Both the position numbers and the translations under genes were made by a program. Of a DNA stretch of 64,000 nt, positions 9,393 to 18,830 are shown piece after piece (position 1 is the stretch's first letter; each line of letters starts with the position of its first letter). The notes beneath the pieces are model-generated. The model made no database searches and was not told where the DNA came from. It worked only from the letters and a program-made list of their open reading frames with translations. Source of the DNA: an uncultured Clostridia bacterium (lineage in GTDB: Bacteria; Bacillota; Clostridia; TANB77; CAG-508); contig CALXNM010000003.1 in assembly GCA_944389745.1 (NCBI GenBank), forward strand, positions 1,464-65,463, given 5' to 3'.

Positions 9393-10991
9393 ATGAAGGA
9401 AAAAAGGAAAATAATATTAATATTATTACTTGGAATATTAATATTAGGATGTTTTAGTACAAGCCAAGTAAAGGCAACAGAAGGAATAAACGAAGAAGTT
9501 ACTATTGAAATCTTGGATACTGATGGATATGGAGAACAAGTATATGGCTGGAATGGAAGAGGACAACTTATTGAGAAAAATTCTCTGGAAGAAAGAAATT
9601 TTATATTTACAACTAACAATAATTATGGAAGTGAATTTGAGACAGATATAGGTAAATTTGTATTAGAAGAAAATAGTGAAGGAAAATATGTATATACTTG
9701 TCTATTTAATAAAGAATATTTCGCAGACATAAGAGGAGAATATGAATTAGTATTTACAGTAAATAATCAAGAGACAGGAAATATAGATACACTAAAAAGC
9801 TATTTCTATCTATACGATGAAAAAGCAATTTTAAATGTAATAGATAGTGAAGAAAATAATATAAACTATTTACCACCAAATAGTGGAGGAATAGGTACAA
9901 TACTAAATCAAGACTTAGATTTAGCAAATTGTAAATATGAAATAATTTTAAGAAATGATTATGGAGAAAAATTTGAAACAGAGTTAGGAACATTCACTTT
10001 TAAAGAACAGAAAGAAGATAATCTTTATGATCCGATGGGAGAAAAATACACAATATATAAATATACATGTCCAGTTAATATGGAATATATAAAAAATATA
10101 GAAGAAGGACCAAAAAATTATTTCAGCGATGTAGAAAACAAATCAACTGATGAAATTGATAAAGTTTTATTATGGATATGGTTTTATAGATTAGATTTAG
10201 TAGAAACATCAAATTTATCAGTAAATGGTATAGATATGATAAAAGACGGAGAAGTAATAAAGGATATTATTGGACTTGATGAAGGTGAAGAAGGGTACCA
10301 GATAGAGTATCAAGAACATACAAACAAAATAGTAATAAAAAGCGGAGACGAAATTAATTTAAATTATTCAGATATGGGAGAAGACTTTAATATAGAGTGG
10401 AATAATTTTAGTGATAAAGTAATTAAAGTTAATATTACTAGCCAAGATACTAAAACCGGAATTACAATGGACAATACTATAGAAGGTGTAAACGGAACAA
10501 CTTATACAGCTCCAAAACTAAATGTAAATTCAATAACAAGTGGAGAGATATATAATAGAGTTCAAACTGCATTAAATAATAAAGTAAATAAGTTTGTAGT
10601 ATATGATATAAAAATAACAAGCGAAAATGTAATCGTTCAACCAAATGGCAAAGTCGAAATAAAAATACCGATTCCAAGTGATTTTGATAGCTCTAATTTA
10701 GTAGTATATAGAATTGATGATGATGGAACAGAAAATAAATATGAGGTAGAAGTAGAAACAATAAATAATAATAAATATGCAGTATTTGAGACAGATCATT
10801 TTAGTACATATGTATTAGCAGAGAGTAATGAGCAATTGCAAAGTAATAATGAAATAGTAGATAATACAATAGTGCCAGATGCACAACTACCACAAACAGG
10901 AGTTACTGTAGTGGTTATATTGTTAATTGGTATATCATTAATTTCAATTATCGTAAGTGTTATATTAACAAAGAAAACAAAAATAAAATAA
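9393..10991 (+). CDS. LPXTG cell-wall-anchored surface protein
   Basis: Signal peptide. C-terminal LPQTG, a hydrophobic stretch and a KKTKIK tail. Two internal N-terminal repeats (YGSEFETDIGKF.../YGEKFETELGTF...). Confidence 0.85.
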   Translation: MKEKRKIILILLLGILILGCFSTSQVKATEGINEEVTIEILDTDGYGEQVYGWNGRGQLIEKNSLEERNFIFTTNNNYGSEFETDIGKFVLEENSEGKYVYTCLFNKEYFADIRGEYELVFTVNNQETGNIDTLKSYFYLYDEKAILNVIDSEENNINYLPPNSGGIGTILNQDLDLANCKYEIILRNDYGEKFETELGTFTFKEQKEDNLYDPMGEKYTIYKYTCPVNMEYIKNIEEGPKNYFSDVENKSTDEIDKVLLWIWFYRLDLVETSNLSVNGIDMIKDGEVIKDIIGLDEGEEGYQIEYQEHTNKIVIKSGDEINLNYSDMGEDFNIEWNNFSDKVIKVNITSQDTKTGITMDNTIEGVNGTTYTAPKLNVNSITSGEIYNRVQTALNNKVNKFVVYDIKITSENVIVQPNGKVEIKIPIPSDFDSSNLVVYRIDDDGTENKYEVEVETINNNKYAVFETDHFSTYVLAESNEQLQSNNEIVDNTIVPDAQLPQTGVTVVVILLIGISLISIIVSVILTKKTKIK

Positions 10992-11270
10992 TTATAGTGT
11001 TAACTATAATTATTTACAAATATTTCAAGAAAAAATAAAGAAAATACTTATTATTTTATACATTAATAGGGATAACTATCATTACGTTTGCCTTAATTAT
11101 TGCATTAGTAGTAATTATTAGCAAACTAAAATAACCAATAAAAAAACACATCTGTAACTTGTCGGTTCAATGTGTTTTTTTACATACAACTGGCAAACCA
11201 CTTTTGTGGTTTCTCCATTTCCTATACTTATTATACACAGATTTAATAAAAAAGTCAATTATTTGACTAA

Positions 11271-11310
11271 AAAAGAAAAAAACCTCGGAAGTATAAACTT
11301 CTGAGGTTTT
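11271..11310 (-). terminator. Intrinsic terminator of rplM-rpsI
   Basis: Stem aacctcggaagt/acttctgaggtt with a U-run on the minus strand. Confidence 0.75.
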
Positions 11311-11321
11311 GTATATAATCT

Positions 11322-11729
11322 CTATCTTTTTGAAAATTGAGGGGCTTTTCTAGCCTTCTTAAGACCATATTTTCTTCTTTCTTTCATACGTGGATCTCTT
11401 GTTAAGAATCCAGCAGCTTTAAGAACAGGTCTGTATTCGTTATTTGCTTCTAATAATGCTCTTGCAATACCTAAACGAATTGCACCAGCTTGACCTGTAA
11501 ATCCTCCACCTTGTACTTTACAGATAACATCATATTTATCTAATGTGTTTGTTGCTGTTAGTGGTTGTCTAACTATAACTTTTAATGTTTCTGTTCCTAA
11601 ATATTCATCTATATCTTTTCCGTTTATAGTAATAGTTCCTTTTCCTTCTACTAGTCTTACTCTAGCTATAGAACTTTTTCTTCTTCCTGTACCGTAAAAA
11701 ACAATTTTATCTGTTTTTGCTTTAGGCAT
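11322..11729 (-). CDS. rpsI: 30S ribosomal protein S9
   Basis: C-terminal [25 protein letters not shown]. Confidence 0.97.
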   Translation of the reverse strand: MPKAKTDKIVFYGTGRRKSSIARVRLVEGKGTITINGKDIDEYLGTETLKVIVRQPLTATNTLDKYDVICKVQGGGFTGQAGAIRLGIARALLEANNEYRPVLKAAGFLTRDPRMKERRKYGLKKARKAPQFSKR

Positions 11730-11748
11730 TTTATATATCCTCCTTTAA

Positions 11749-12183
11749 TTAAAAATTCCAAACTTCTGGTTTTTGAGCTGCATTTTCATGCTCTGCTCCA
11801 GCATATACTCTTAATTTTTTAAGCATTTGTCTTCCTAAACTATTATGTGGAAGCATTCCTTTTACAGCATGCATCATCATTTTTTCTGGGTTTTTATGTA
11901 ATAATTCTCTTGCTGTAATTTCTTTCATTCCACCAATATATCCAGAATGATGTCTGTAAATTTTTTGATCTAATTTTTTTCCTGTTAAAACAACTTTGCT
12001 ACAATTTAATATAATAACATGATCTCCAGTATCTAAGTTTGGAGTATAAGTTGGTTTATGTTTTCCTCTTAATAATCTAGCAGCTTCTGTAGCAACTCTT
12101 CCTAAAGGTTTATCAGCTGCATCAATTATATACCATTTTCTTTCAATTTCATTTTTCTTAATACTATATGTTGTATTATTCAT
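11749..12183 (-). CDS. rplM: 50S ribosomal protein L13
   Basis: KWYIIDA...[10 protein letters not shown] motif. The start moved to the Met preceded by GGAGG (MNNTTYS). Confidence 0.95.
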   Translation of the reverse strand: MNNTTYSIKKNEIERKWYIIDAADKPLGRVATEAARLLRGKHKPTYTPNLDTGDHVIILNCSKVVLTGKKLDQKIYRHHSGYIGGMKEITARELLHKNPEKMMMHAVKGMLPHNSLGRQMLKKLRVYAGAEHENAAQKPEVWNF

Positions 12184-12290
12184 GGTAATATGCATCCTCC
12201 ATTTCATAAATTAATTTTAAAAATATATATGAAACCATATTAATAGGCTACCGGGGAGAAGCTATTAAACGGTCATATTCAATATAATGC
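12184..12290 (-). ncRNA. Possible L13-type ribosomal-protein leader upstream of rplM
   Basis: A leader of about 100 nt between a consensus promoter and rplM contains an unusually GC-rich element (taggctaccggggagaagcta). L13 leaders are known in Firmicutes. I could not fold or align this one. Confidence 0.3.
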
Positions 12291-12296
12291 TATAAT

Positions 12297-12325
12297 ATTT
12301 TATAACAAAAAACGTGAAATGTCAA
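12297..12325 (-). promoter_or_regulatory. SigA promoter for rplM-rpsI
   Basis: Minus strand TTGACA, 17 nt, TAAAAT. Confidence 0.6.
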
Positions 12326-12343
12326 GCAAAATGCAAAAAATGC

Positions 12344-12372
12344 TTGACATTTATGAAAAAATGTTGTAAACT
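12344..12372 (+). promoter_or_regulatory. SigA promoter for infC-rpmI-rplT
   Basis: TTGACA, 17 nt, TAAACT. Confidence 0.6.
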
Positions 12373-12374
12373 AT

Positions 12375-12526
12375 TATAGTCAAATAAAGAAGAAGCAATC
12401 CACTTCTCACCTTAACTCATAGGAAAAGGTTAGAAATATTAATAATTTGTGAATAACTTATTGTAAACTTAAGTTATTTTGTAGATATGTGTGGATTGAT
12501 TTGTTTTTTGACAAATCAATTTTTTA
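12375..12526 (+). ncRNA. L20-leader-type transcription attenuator
   Basis: Terminator attgatttgt/acaaatcaat plus TTTTT (12495-12525) lies just before infC. Upstream caatccac (12396-12403) is complementary to gtggattg (12491-12498), which overlaps the terminator's 5' arm, giving an antiterminator alternative. Confidence 0.6.
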
Positions 12527-12562
12527 GTGCCTAAAAGCACAATTATGTTGGAGGTGTTATAT

Positions 12563-13078
12563 ATCAAGCAGGAATTACCTATTAATGGACAAATTAGAGC
12601 AAAAGAAGTTCAACTTATTGATGAACAAGGAGAAAAAAGAGGAGTAATGCCACTTAATGATGCATTAGATATAGCTTATGATAAGAAATTAGATTTAGTA
12701 TTAGTTGCTCCAAATGCACAGCCACCAGTTTGTAAGATTATGAACTATGGTAAATATAAATTTGAGCAAGCTAAGAGAGAAAAAGAAGCTAAGAAAAAAC
12801 AAAAAAGTTTTGAAGTAAAAGAAATAAGAATTACACCAAATATTGAGCAACACGATTTTGAATTTAAGGTAAAAAATGCAAGAAAATTTATTGAAGATGG
12901 AAACAAGGTTAAAATAACAGTAAGATTTAGAGGAAGAGAATTAAACTACGTTAAACTTGGTGAAAACAACTTAAATAAATTTATAGATGCATTATCAGAT
13001 ATTGCAAGTCCAGAAAAAAAACCTATTTTAGAAGGTAAAAATATGTTTATTATATTAGCTAAAAAAGTAGAAAAATAA
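12563..13078 (+). CDS. infC: Translation initiation factor IF-3
   Basis: INGQIRAKEVQLIDEQG and the rest of the IF-3 core. The probable non-AUG start is ATC at 12563, 6 nt after GGAGGTG. The listed GTG at 12527 lies inside the terminator tail. Confidence 0.9.
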   Translation: MKQELPINGQIRAKEVQLIDEQGEKRGVMPLNDALDIAYDKKLDLVLVAPNAQPPVCKIMNYGKYKFEQAKREKEAKKKQKSFEVKEIRITPNIEQHDFEFKVKNARKFIEDGNKVKITVRFRGRELNYVKLGENNLNKFIDALSDIASPEKKPILEGKNMFIILAKKVEK

Positions 13079-13171
13079 TATAACTTAAGCATATTAACAA
13101 ATTAGTTATAAAAAAATATATAAACAATATATTTTATATAAATTTAAATAATTACAAGGAGGAAGAAGAAT

Positions 13172-13378
13172 ATGCCAAAATTAAAAACAAATAAAGCAGC
13201 TAAAAAAAGATATTCATATACTGCTACAGGAAAAGTAAAAAGAACAAAATCAAATAGAAGACATCTTCTAGCAAACAAAACACCAAGAGCTAAAGCTAGA
13301 GGAAAAGTTATGGATGCTTATGCAGATAAAACATGCGAAGCAGGTATTAAGAAACTTTTACCATATGGTAATAAATAG
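13172..13378 (+). CDS. rpmI: 50S ribosomal protein L35
   Basis: MPKLKTNKAAKKR... Confidence 0.95.
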   Translation: MPKLKTNKAAKKRYSYTATGKVKRTKSNRRHLLANKTPRAKARGKVMDAYADKTCEAGIKKLLPYGNK

Positions 13379-13410
13379 AGAGTATTAAGAATAAGGAAGG
13401 TGAAATATAA

Positions 13411-13761
13411 ATGGCAAGAGTAAAAACAGCAATAATAACACGTAAAAAACATAAAAAAGTTTTAAAAAGAGCAAAAGGGTATTATGGAGCAAAACATTAT
13501 AGATTTAGAATGGCTAAACAAGCTGTTATGAAATCTGGAATGTATGCATATGTAGGAAGAAAAGACAGAAAAAGTAATTTCAGAAAATTATGGATAGCAA
13601 GAATTAATGCAGCAGCTAGAATGAATGGAATAACATACAGCAAATTAATAGCTGGATTAAAGAAATCTAACGTTGTTATAAATAGAAAAATGTTAGCAGA
13701 CTTAGCTGTAACAGATCCAAAAGCTTTTACAGAAGTTGTTGAAATAGCTAAAAAAGCTTAG
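13411..13761 (+). CDS. rplT: 50S ribosomal protein L20
   Basis: [26 protein letters not shown]... Confidence 0.97.
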   Translation: MARVKTAIITRKKHKKVLKRAKGYYGAKHYRFRMAKQAVMKSGMYAYVGRKDRKSNFRKLWIARINAAARMNGITYSKLIAGLKKSNVVINRKMLADLAVTDPKAFTEVVEIAKKA

Positions 13762-13798
13762 TTTTAAATATAAATAAGATGAATGAAATATGAAAATG

Positions 13799-13826
13799 AA
13801 GTGCGTTTGAAGCACTTTATTTTTTT
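13799..13826 (+). terminator. Intrinsic terminator after rplT
   Basis: Stem aagtgc/gcactt followed by a T-run. Confidence 0.65.
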
Positions 13827-14007
13827 GCATATAAGCTAAATAAAGTATAGTAATTCAATTTTAAATGTGATACTATATAGATGTTATAAAAAAATGTATA
13901 GGGAGCTATAAAAAGTAAGCAGGCAAACAGATAAAACGATAATAAACATTAAGGGAAAACAAAATACAGTAAGGAATAAACTTAAATAAGTAGAAGAGGG
14001 GAAAATA

Positions 14008-14598
14008 ATGAGAATAGGTATAGATATTGATGGTGTTTTATTAAATATGGGACAATTTATTTTTGATTATGGTTCTAAATATTGTTATGACCATAATATT
14101 GATTTTTCAATAAAAGAAAGTGAGTATGATGAAAGTAAAGTATTAGGAATATCAAGTGCTGAAGCTGAAAAATTTTGGAATGAGTATTTAGTAAAATATG
14201 TTACAGAATATAGTCCAAGAGAATGTGCAAAACAAGTAATAGATATATTAAAAGAAAATAATGAAATATATATAATTACTGCAAGAAATGAATATGGACT
14301 TCCACCAAAAGAATATGGACATATGCAGGAGCTTACAAATAAATGGCTTAATGCAAACAATATAAATTATGATAAGCTATTATTTACTTCAGAAGATAAG
14401 TTAAGTGTATGCCAAGAAAATAATATAGATGTTATGATAGAGGATTCACCTAGTAATATAGAAAAACTAACTAAAGATGATGATATACATATATTTTGCT
14501 ATGATAATCCATATAACAAAGAGGTTAAAGGAAAGAATATTACTAGAGTTTATAGTTGGTATGATATATTAAATAAAATAGAAAGAAATAAAATATAG
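14008..14598 (+). CDS. HAD-superfamily nucleotidase (5'(3')-deoxyribonucleotidase-like)
   Basis: N-terminal DIDGVL HAD motif I. About 196 aa. Confidence 0.5.
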   Translation: MRIGIDIDGVLLNMGQFIFDYGSKYCYDHNIDFSIKESEYDESKVLGISSAEAEKFWNEYLVKYVTEYSPRECAKQVIDILKENNEIYIITARNEYGLPPKEYGHMQELTNKWLNANNINYDKLLFTSEDKLSVCQENNIDVMIEDSPSNIEKLTKDDDIHIFCYDNPYNKEVKGKNITRVYSWYDILNKIERNKI

Positions 14599-14607
14599 AA
14601 TAATCAA

Positions 14608-14654
14608 GTGTGCCATTGATGCCAAAGTGGACAGACCCCTTTGGCACATCAATG
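14608..14654. repeat. GGACAGACC-core hairpin, copy A (convergent-junction element)
   Basis: cattgatgccaaagtgg-ACAGA-cccctttggcacatcaatg, between a + gene end (14598) and a - gene end (14665). Confidence 0.8.
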
Positions 14655-14664
14655 TTATAATTAT

Positions 14665-15051
14665 TTATTGTTTTTTTATTTTAGGTTTTGCAATTAAAGA
14701 TGCAATGTATCCAAAGAAAATTGCTGCAGCAATTCCACCAGCAGATGCTTTAACTCCACCAATAAATGCTCCAAGTAAACCAGAAGTTTGAACTTCTGTA
14801 ATAGCACCTTTAGCAAGGTTTGCTCCAAATCCTAATAAAGGAACTGTAGCACCACATCCAGCGAAATCTATAATATATTTATATATTCCAAGTGCTCCTA
14901 AAATTACGCCAGTAGTAACAAATATAACTAATATTCTAGCTGAAGTAAGTTTAGTTTTATCAATTAATATTTGCCCAATTATACATATAATGCCACCTAC
15001 TACAAAACATCTTAGTAGTTGCATCCAATCAATACTTTGTATAAATTCCAT
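14665..15051 (-). CDS. spoVAE: Stage V sporulation protein AE
   Basis: Polytopic membrane protein, GATVPLLGFGANLAKG motif. Follows spoVAD. Confidence 0.85.
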   Translation of the reverse strand: MEFIQSIDWMQLLRCFVVGGIICIIGQILIDKTKLTSARILVIFVTTGVILGALGIYKYIIDFAGCGATVPLLGFGANLAKGAITEVQTSGLLGAFIGGVKASAGGIAAAIFFGYIASLIAKPKIKKQ

Positions 15052-15067
15052 AAATAAAACTCCTTAT

Positions 15068-16084
15068 CTATAAATTTTCTATAGCTATAGCATGAGCAAT
15101 TCCAGGTATACTTTCACCTTGCTGAGATGAAGTGGAATTCATTAAGGCACCTGTTGCTATTAATAAAATTCTGTTTAGTTTATGTTCATTAAGCATTTTA
15201 TATAAATAGCCAGAAAATACAGAGCCCACACAACCACAGCCACTACCACCAGCATGTGTATCTTGCTTTTCTTTATCAAAAATTAAAACACCACAATCAT
15301 TATAATTCTTTTTGATATTATATCCTTTTGTTTCAGCCATTTCGATTAATATTTCTTTTCCTATATATCCTAAATCTCCAGTAATAATTGCATCATAAAA
15401 ACTTGGTTTTCTACCAGTATCTCTAAAATGAGTGACTAATGTATCTAAAGCAGCTGGCGCCATTGCAGCTCCCATGTTATTTGCATCTTTTACACCCATG
15501 TCAATTATTTTTCCTGGTGTAATATAAGTAATTCTAGGACATTCTTTTCCAATATTATCATTTGATAATATTGCAGCACCAGAGCCTGTAACAGTCCATT
15601 GAGCAGATGGTGGTCTTTGATTTCCAAGCTCTAGAGGGAATCTAAATTGTTTTTCTGCACTACAGAAATGACTAGATGTAGCACATAACACTTTTTTCGC
15701 AGCTCCACTATCTATGAATACACTTCCAAGAGACATGCCTTCAACAAAAGTAGAGCAAGCACCAAATATTCCAAAAAAAGGTATATTTATTTCTCTTAAT
15801 CCAAAACTTGAAGAAATACATTGATTTAATAAGTCACCTGCAAAACAGTAATCGATATCAGTAGCAGGAATGCCAGATTTTGAAATAACTGCATTAGAGT
15901 TTTCTTTTATTATTTTACTTTCTGCTTTTTCCCAAGTTTTTTCTCCCCAGAATTCATCTTCTAAACATTGGTCAAAATATTTGGCTAAAGGTCCTTCGGC
16001 TTCTTTTGGACCAACTATTGATGATGTCTCTAAAATATATGGTGGATTACTAAACATAATTGTTTGATTACCTATTTTATTCAT
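15068..16084 (-). CDS. spoVAD: Stage V sporulation protein AD
   Basis: 338 aa with a thiolase/ketoacyl-synthase-like fold. Position between spoVAC and spoVAE. Confidence 0.88.
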   Translation of the reverse strand: MNKIGNQTIMFSNPPYILETSSIVGPKEAEGPLAKYFDQCLEDEFWGEKTWEKAESKIIKENSNAVISKSGIPATDIDYCFAGDLLNQCISSSFGLREINIPFFGIFGACSTFVEGMSLGSVFIDSGAAKKVLCATSSHFCSAEKQFRFPLELGNQRPPSAQWTVTGSGAAILSNDNIGKECPRITYITPGKIIDMGVKDANNMGAAMAPAALDTLVTHFRDTGRKPSFYDAIITGDLGYIGKEILIEMAETKGYNIKKNYNDCGVLIFDKEKQDTHAGGSGCGCVGSVFSGYLYKMLNEHKLNRILLIATGALMNSTSSQQGESIPGIAHAIAIENL

Positions 16085-16099
16085 TTTTTATGAGCCTCC

Positions 16100-16543
16100 T
16101 TATACGAAAAATGTAGCTATTATTCCAACTATAATAGATGTAGAAATACCATACACGAGAACCGGACCTGCAACAGTAAACATTTTTCCACCAACACCCA
16201 TTACATATCCTTCAGATTTATATTCAATTGCTGGTGAAACAATTGAATTTGCAAAACCAGTGATTGGAACTAAAGAACCAGCACCAGCAAATTTACCAAT
16301 TTTATTAAATATATTTAGAGCAGTTAAAAGAGCAGCAAGCCCTATTAATATAATAGATACAATAGTTGAACAGGATGTATCATCAAAACCTTTATATTTA
16401 CAAAAATCAAATATAATTTGTCCAATTGAACAAATTAATCCACCAACCCAAAAAGCATTAAAACAGTTTTTTAGAATAGGGGAGTTAGGTGATTTTTGAT
16501 CTACATAATCTAAATATTCTTGTTTTGTTTCTATCTTTTTCAT
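16100..16543 (-). CDS. spoVAC: Stage V sporulation protein AC
   Basis: FWVGGLICSIGQ...LVPITGFANS motif. The start moved to the internal Met (MKKIETKQ). Confidence 0.85.
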   Translation of the reverse strand: MKKIETKQEYLDYVDQKSPNSPILKNCFNAFWVGGLICSIGQIIFDFCKYKGFDDTSCSTIVSIILIGLAALLTALNIFNKIGKFAGAGSLVPITGFANSIVSPAIEYKSEGYVMGVGGKMFTVAGPVLVYGISTSIIVGIIATFFV

Positions 16544-16559
16544 TTTACTTAATCCTTTC

Positions 16560-16775
16560 TTAATTATCTCTGTCTCTGTCAATAACAAAAGATAAATCTA
16601 AATCCACATAATATTGAACAAGCTTTTTACCATCTATTTTAGCTCTTTGATCTAGTACTCTTACAGAAGAAAGATAATCTATTGTTTTAGAAGCTTCTGA
16701 TACTGCTTGAACTACAGCATCTTTCCAAGAAACACTTGATGTTCCAGTTATACTTAAATGTTTTTCAATTCCCAA
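16560..16775 (-). CDS. Dodecin-family small protein
   Basis: 71 aa. ITGTSSVSWKDAVVQAVSEASKTI...YYVDLDLSF matches the dodecin pattern. TTG start after GGAGG. Confidence 0.6.
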   Translation of the reverse strand: MGIEKHLSITGTSSVSWKDAVVQAVSEASKTIDYLSSVRVLDQRAKIDGKKLVQYYVDLDLSFVIDRDRDN

Positions 16776-16940
16776 TTAAAAATCAACCTCCATTTTATAA
16801 ATTTAGTAATATATTTTCCAATAATTTTCAAATTATACAAATTTATAAAAATAAATAAAAAAACAAAAAAAGAGGTGTTTAATAAAAAATAAACACCTTG
16901 AAACATTATATAAATGAAATCATAAAATCTAAAAAGACAA

Positions 16941-16967
16941 AATAAAAAATGTAGGACAACCCTACAT
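16941..16967 (-). terminator. Intrinsic terminator after rpmB
   Basis: Stem tgtagg/cctaca with a U-run on the minus strand. Confidence 0.65.
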
Positions 16968-17019
16968 TTTATTACGCGTAATAAAATATATATAAATTAT
17001 GAATATCAAATATCATAAC

Positions 17020-17217
17020 CTAAGCTCTTGTTACTTTTCCAGAACGTAAACATTTTGCACATACAGAGATAGTTTTTGTGTTTCCATCTACAACTGCTTT
17101 TACTCTTCTAAGATTTGGTTTGAATGTTCTAGAAGATCTTCTACTTACGTGAGAACGAGCTATACTTATTTTATTTCCGTGAGCTATTGATTTTTCACAA
17201 ATTTCGCATTTTGCCAT
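17020..17217 (-). CDS. rpmB: 50S ribosomal protein L28
   Basis: MAKCEICEKS...RTFKPNL. Start at the Met after taggaggtg. Confidence 0.95.
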   Translation of the reverse strand: MAKCEICEKSIAHGNKISIARSHVSRRSSRTFKPNLRRVKAVVDGNTKTISVCAKCLRSGKVTRA

Positions 17218-17352
17218 GATTTTTTGCACCTCCTATATGCTAAAATAAAACTGACTATTTATAAGTTTATCATAAAATCCAAGAAATTACAAGTCTTTTG
17301 CCAAAAAAATTATTTAAACCTATAATTATTAAAATTTTTTTAAAGCATAATT

Positions 17353-18042
17353 TTAAAGTATTAAATCTCTAATAACTTCGCCTGCAATTAGAAGTCCGGC
17401 AACAGAAGGGACAAAGCTTATACTTGCAGGTGTAGATGAATTTAATTTTAAAGGTTCTTCTTTTGAATATAATACTTTTAATTTTGGAATATTAAGTTTT
17501 CTTAATTCTTTTCGTATAACTTTTGCAAGAGGGCATACTGAAGTTTTATTAATATCAGTAATTTCAAAATTACTTGCATCCAGCTTATTTCCTGTTCCCA
17601 TACAAGATATTATTTTTATACTATTGTTATATGCATATTCAATTATGCTAAGCTTAGAACTAACAGTATCTATTGCATCTATAATATAATTTATATTCTT
17701 CACATCAAGTAATTGTGCAATATTTTCTTTTGAAACAAATTCTTTAATAGCTATAATGTTGCAGTCTGGATTAATATCTAAAATCCTTTCTTTTGCTAAA
17801 TCAACTTTAGATTTACCAATAGTAGAATGTGTAGCAATAAGTTGTCTATTTATATTTGTAATATCAACGATATCTTTATCTACTGTAACTAGATTTTGAA
17901 TTCCACTACGGGCTAAAGCTTCTACAACATAAGAACCAACACCGCCAAGTCCAAAAACAACAACAGTGCTATTTTTTAGTTTTTCTATATTTGATTTTCC
18001 TATTAGTTTTTCAGTTCTATCTAACCAGTTTTCAGTTTCCAT
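17353..18042 (-). CDS. tcdA: tRNA threonylcarbamoyladenosine dehydratase (ThiF-family)
   Basis: GLGGVGSY nucleotide-binding loop, 229 aa. Confidence 0.75.
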   Translation of the reverse strand: METENWLDRTEKLIGKSNIEKLKNSTVVVFGLGGVGSYVVEALARSGIQNLVTVDKDIVDITNINRQLIATHSTIGKSKVDLAKERILDINPDCNIIAIKEFVSKENIAQLLDVKNINYIIDAIDTVSSKLSIIEYAYNNSIKIISCMGTGNKLDASNFEITDINKTSVCPLAKVIRKELRKLNIPKLKVLYSKEEPLKLNSSTPASISFVPSVAGLLIAGEVIRDLIL

Positions 18043-18196
18043 AGCTAATCACATCTTTCCTAAGAAATTCAATAAAAATATTATATCATGCAAAATTAAA
18101 CATATCAACAATACAAACAAAATTTTGTGATTTGTGTTGATTTTTTTAAAAATTATGGTAAAATATGTAGAGTTTAAAATGGAGGATGAATAACAA

Positions 18197-18799
18197 ATGA
18201 TATCATATTTAAAAGGAAGTTTAGAAGTAAAGAATATAGATTATATAGTAATAGATGTTGGAGGAATAGGATACAAAGTATATATGTCTTCTAATTCTAT
18301 AAATAGACTTGGAGAAATAGGAAGTAGTGTAAAAGTATATACATATATGAGAGTTAGAGAAGATGATATAAGTTTATACGGTTTTTGCACAAGTGAAGAA
18401 TTAAGAATGTTTGAACAATTATTAGGAGTAAGTGGAATAGGAGCAAAATCAGCACTTACAATTTTAGCTAATATATCACCATCTAGTTTTGCGCTTGCTA
18501 TAATTTCTGGAGATATTAATACATTAAAGAATTTGCCAGGAATAGGAGCAAAATCAGCACAAAGAATGATATTAGAACTAAAAGATAAAATGAAGACTCA
18601 AGATGGAATTCAAAGTGAAGAAGTAGTTAATATAAATAGTGGTTATGTTAACAATGATAAGACAAAGGATGCAATAGAAGCATTACAAGTATTAGGATAT
18701 TCAAGAAGGGATATAGAAGTTGTTTTATCAAAAATTGATGTTAAAGATGATCAAGTAGAGGAAATAATAAGAAAGAGTCTAAAATATTTAGGAATGTAG
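18197..18799 (+). CDS. ruvA: Holliday junction branch-migration complex subunit RuvA
   Basis: MISYLKGSL...GVSGIGAKSAL...LPGIGAKSAQR HhH motifs. Confidence 0.93.
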   Translation: MISYLKGSLEVKNIDYIVIDVGGIGYKVYMSSNSINRLGEIGSSVKVYTYMRVREDDISLYGFCTSEELRMFEQLLGVSGIGAKSALTILANISPSSFALAIISGDINTLKNLPGIGAKSAQRMILELKDKMKTQDGIQSEEVVNINSGYVNNDKTKDAIEALQVLGYSRRDIEVVLSKIDVKDDQVEEIIRKSLKYLGM

Positions 18800-18830
18800 C
18801 CTAAAATTAACAAAGAAAGGTAGAATTAAT

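Noticed and set aside
11040-11134. Short frame encoding ...LIGITIITFALIIALVVIISKLK*, which resembles a sortase-substrate C-terminal anchor, just after the LPXTG gene.
   Set aside because: It has no start codon or RBS and no LPXTG motif in frame. At most it is a remnant of a duplicated 3' end, and it cannot be supported as a gene.
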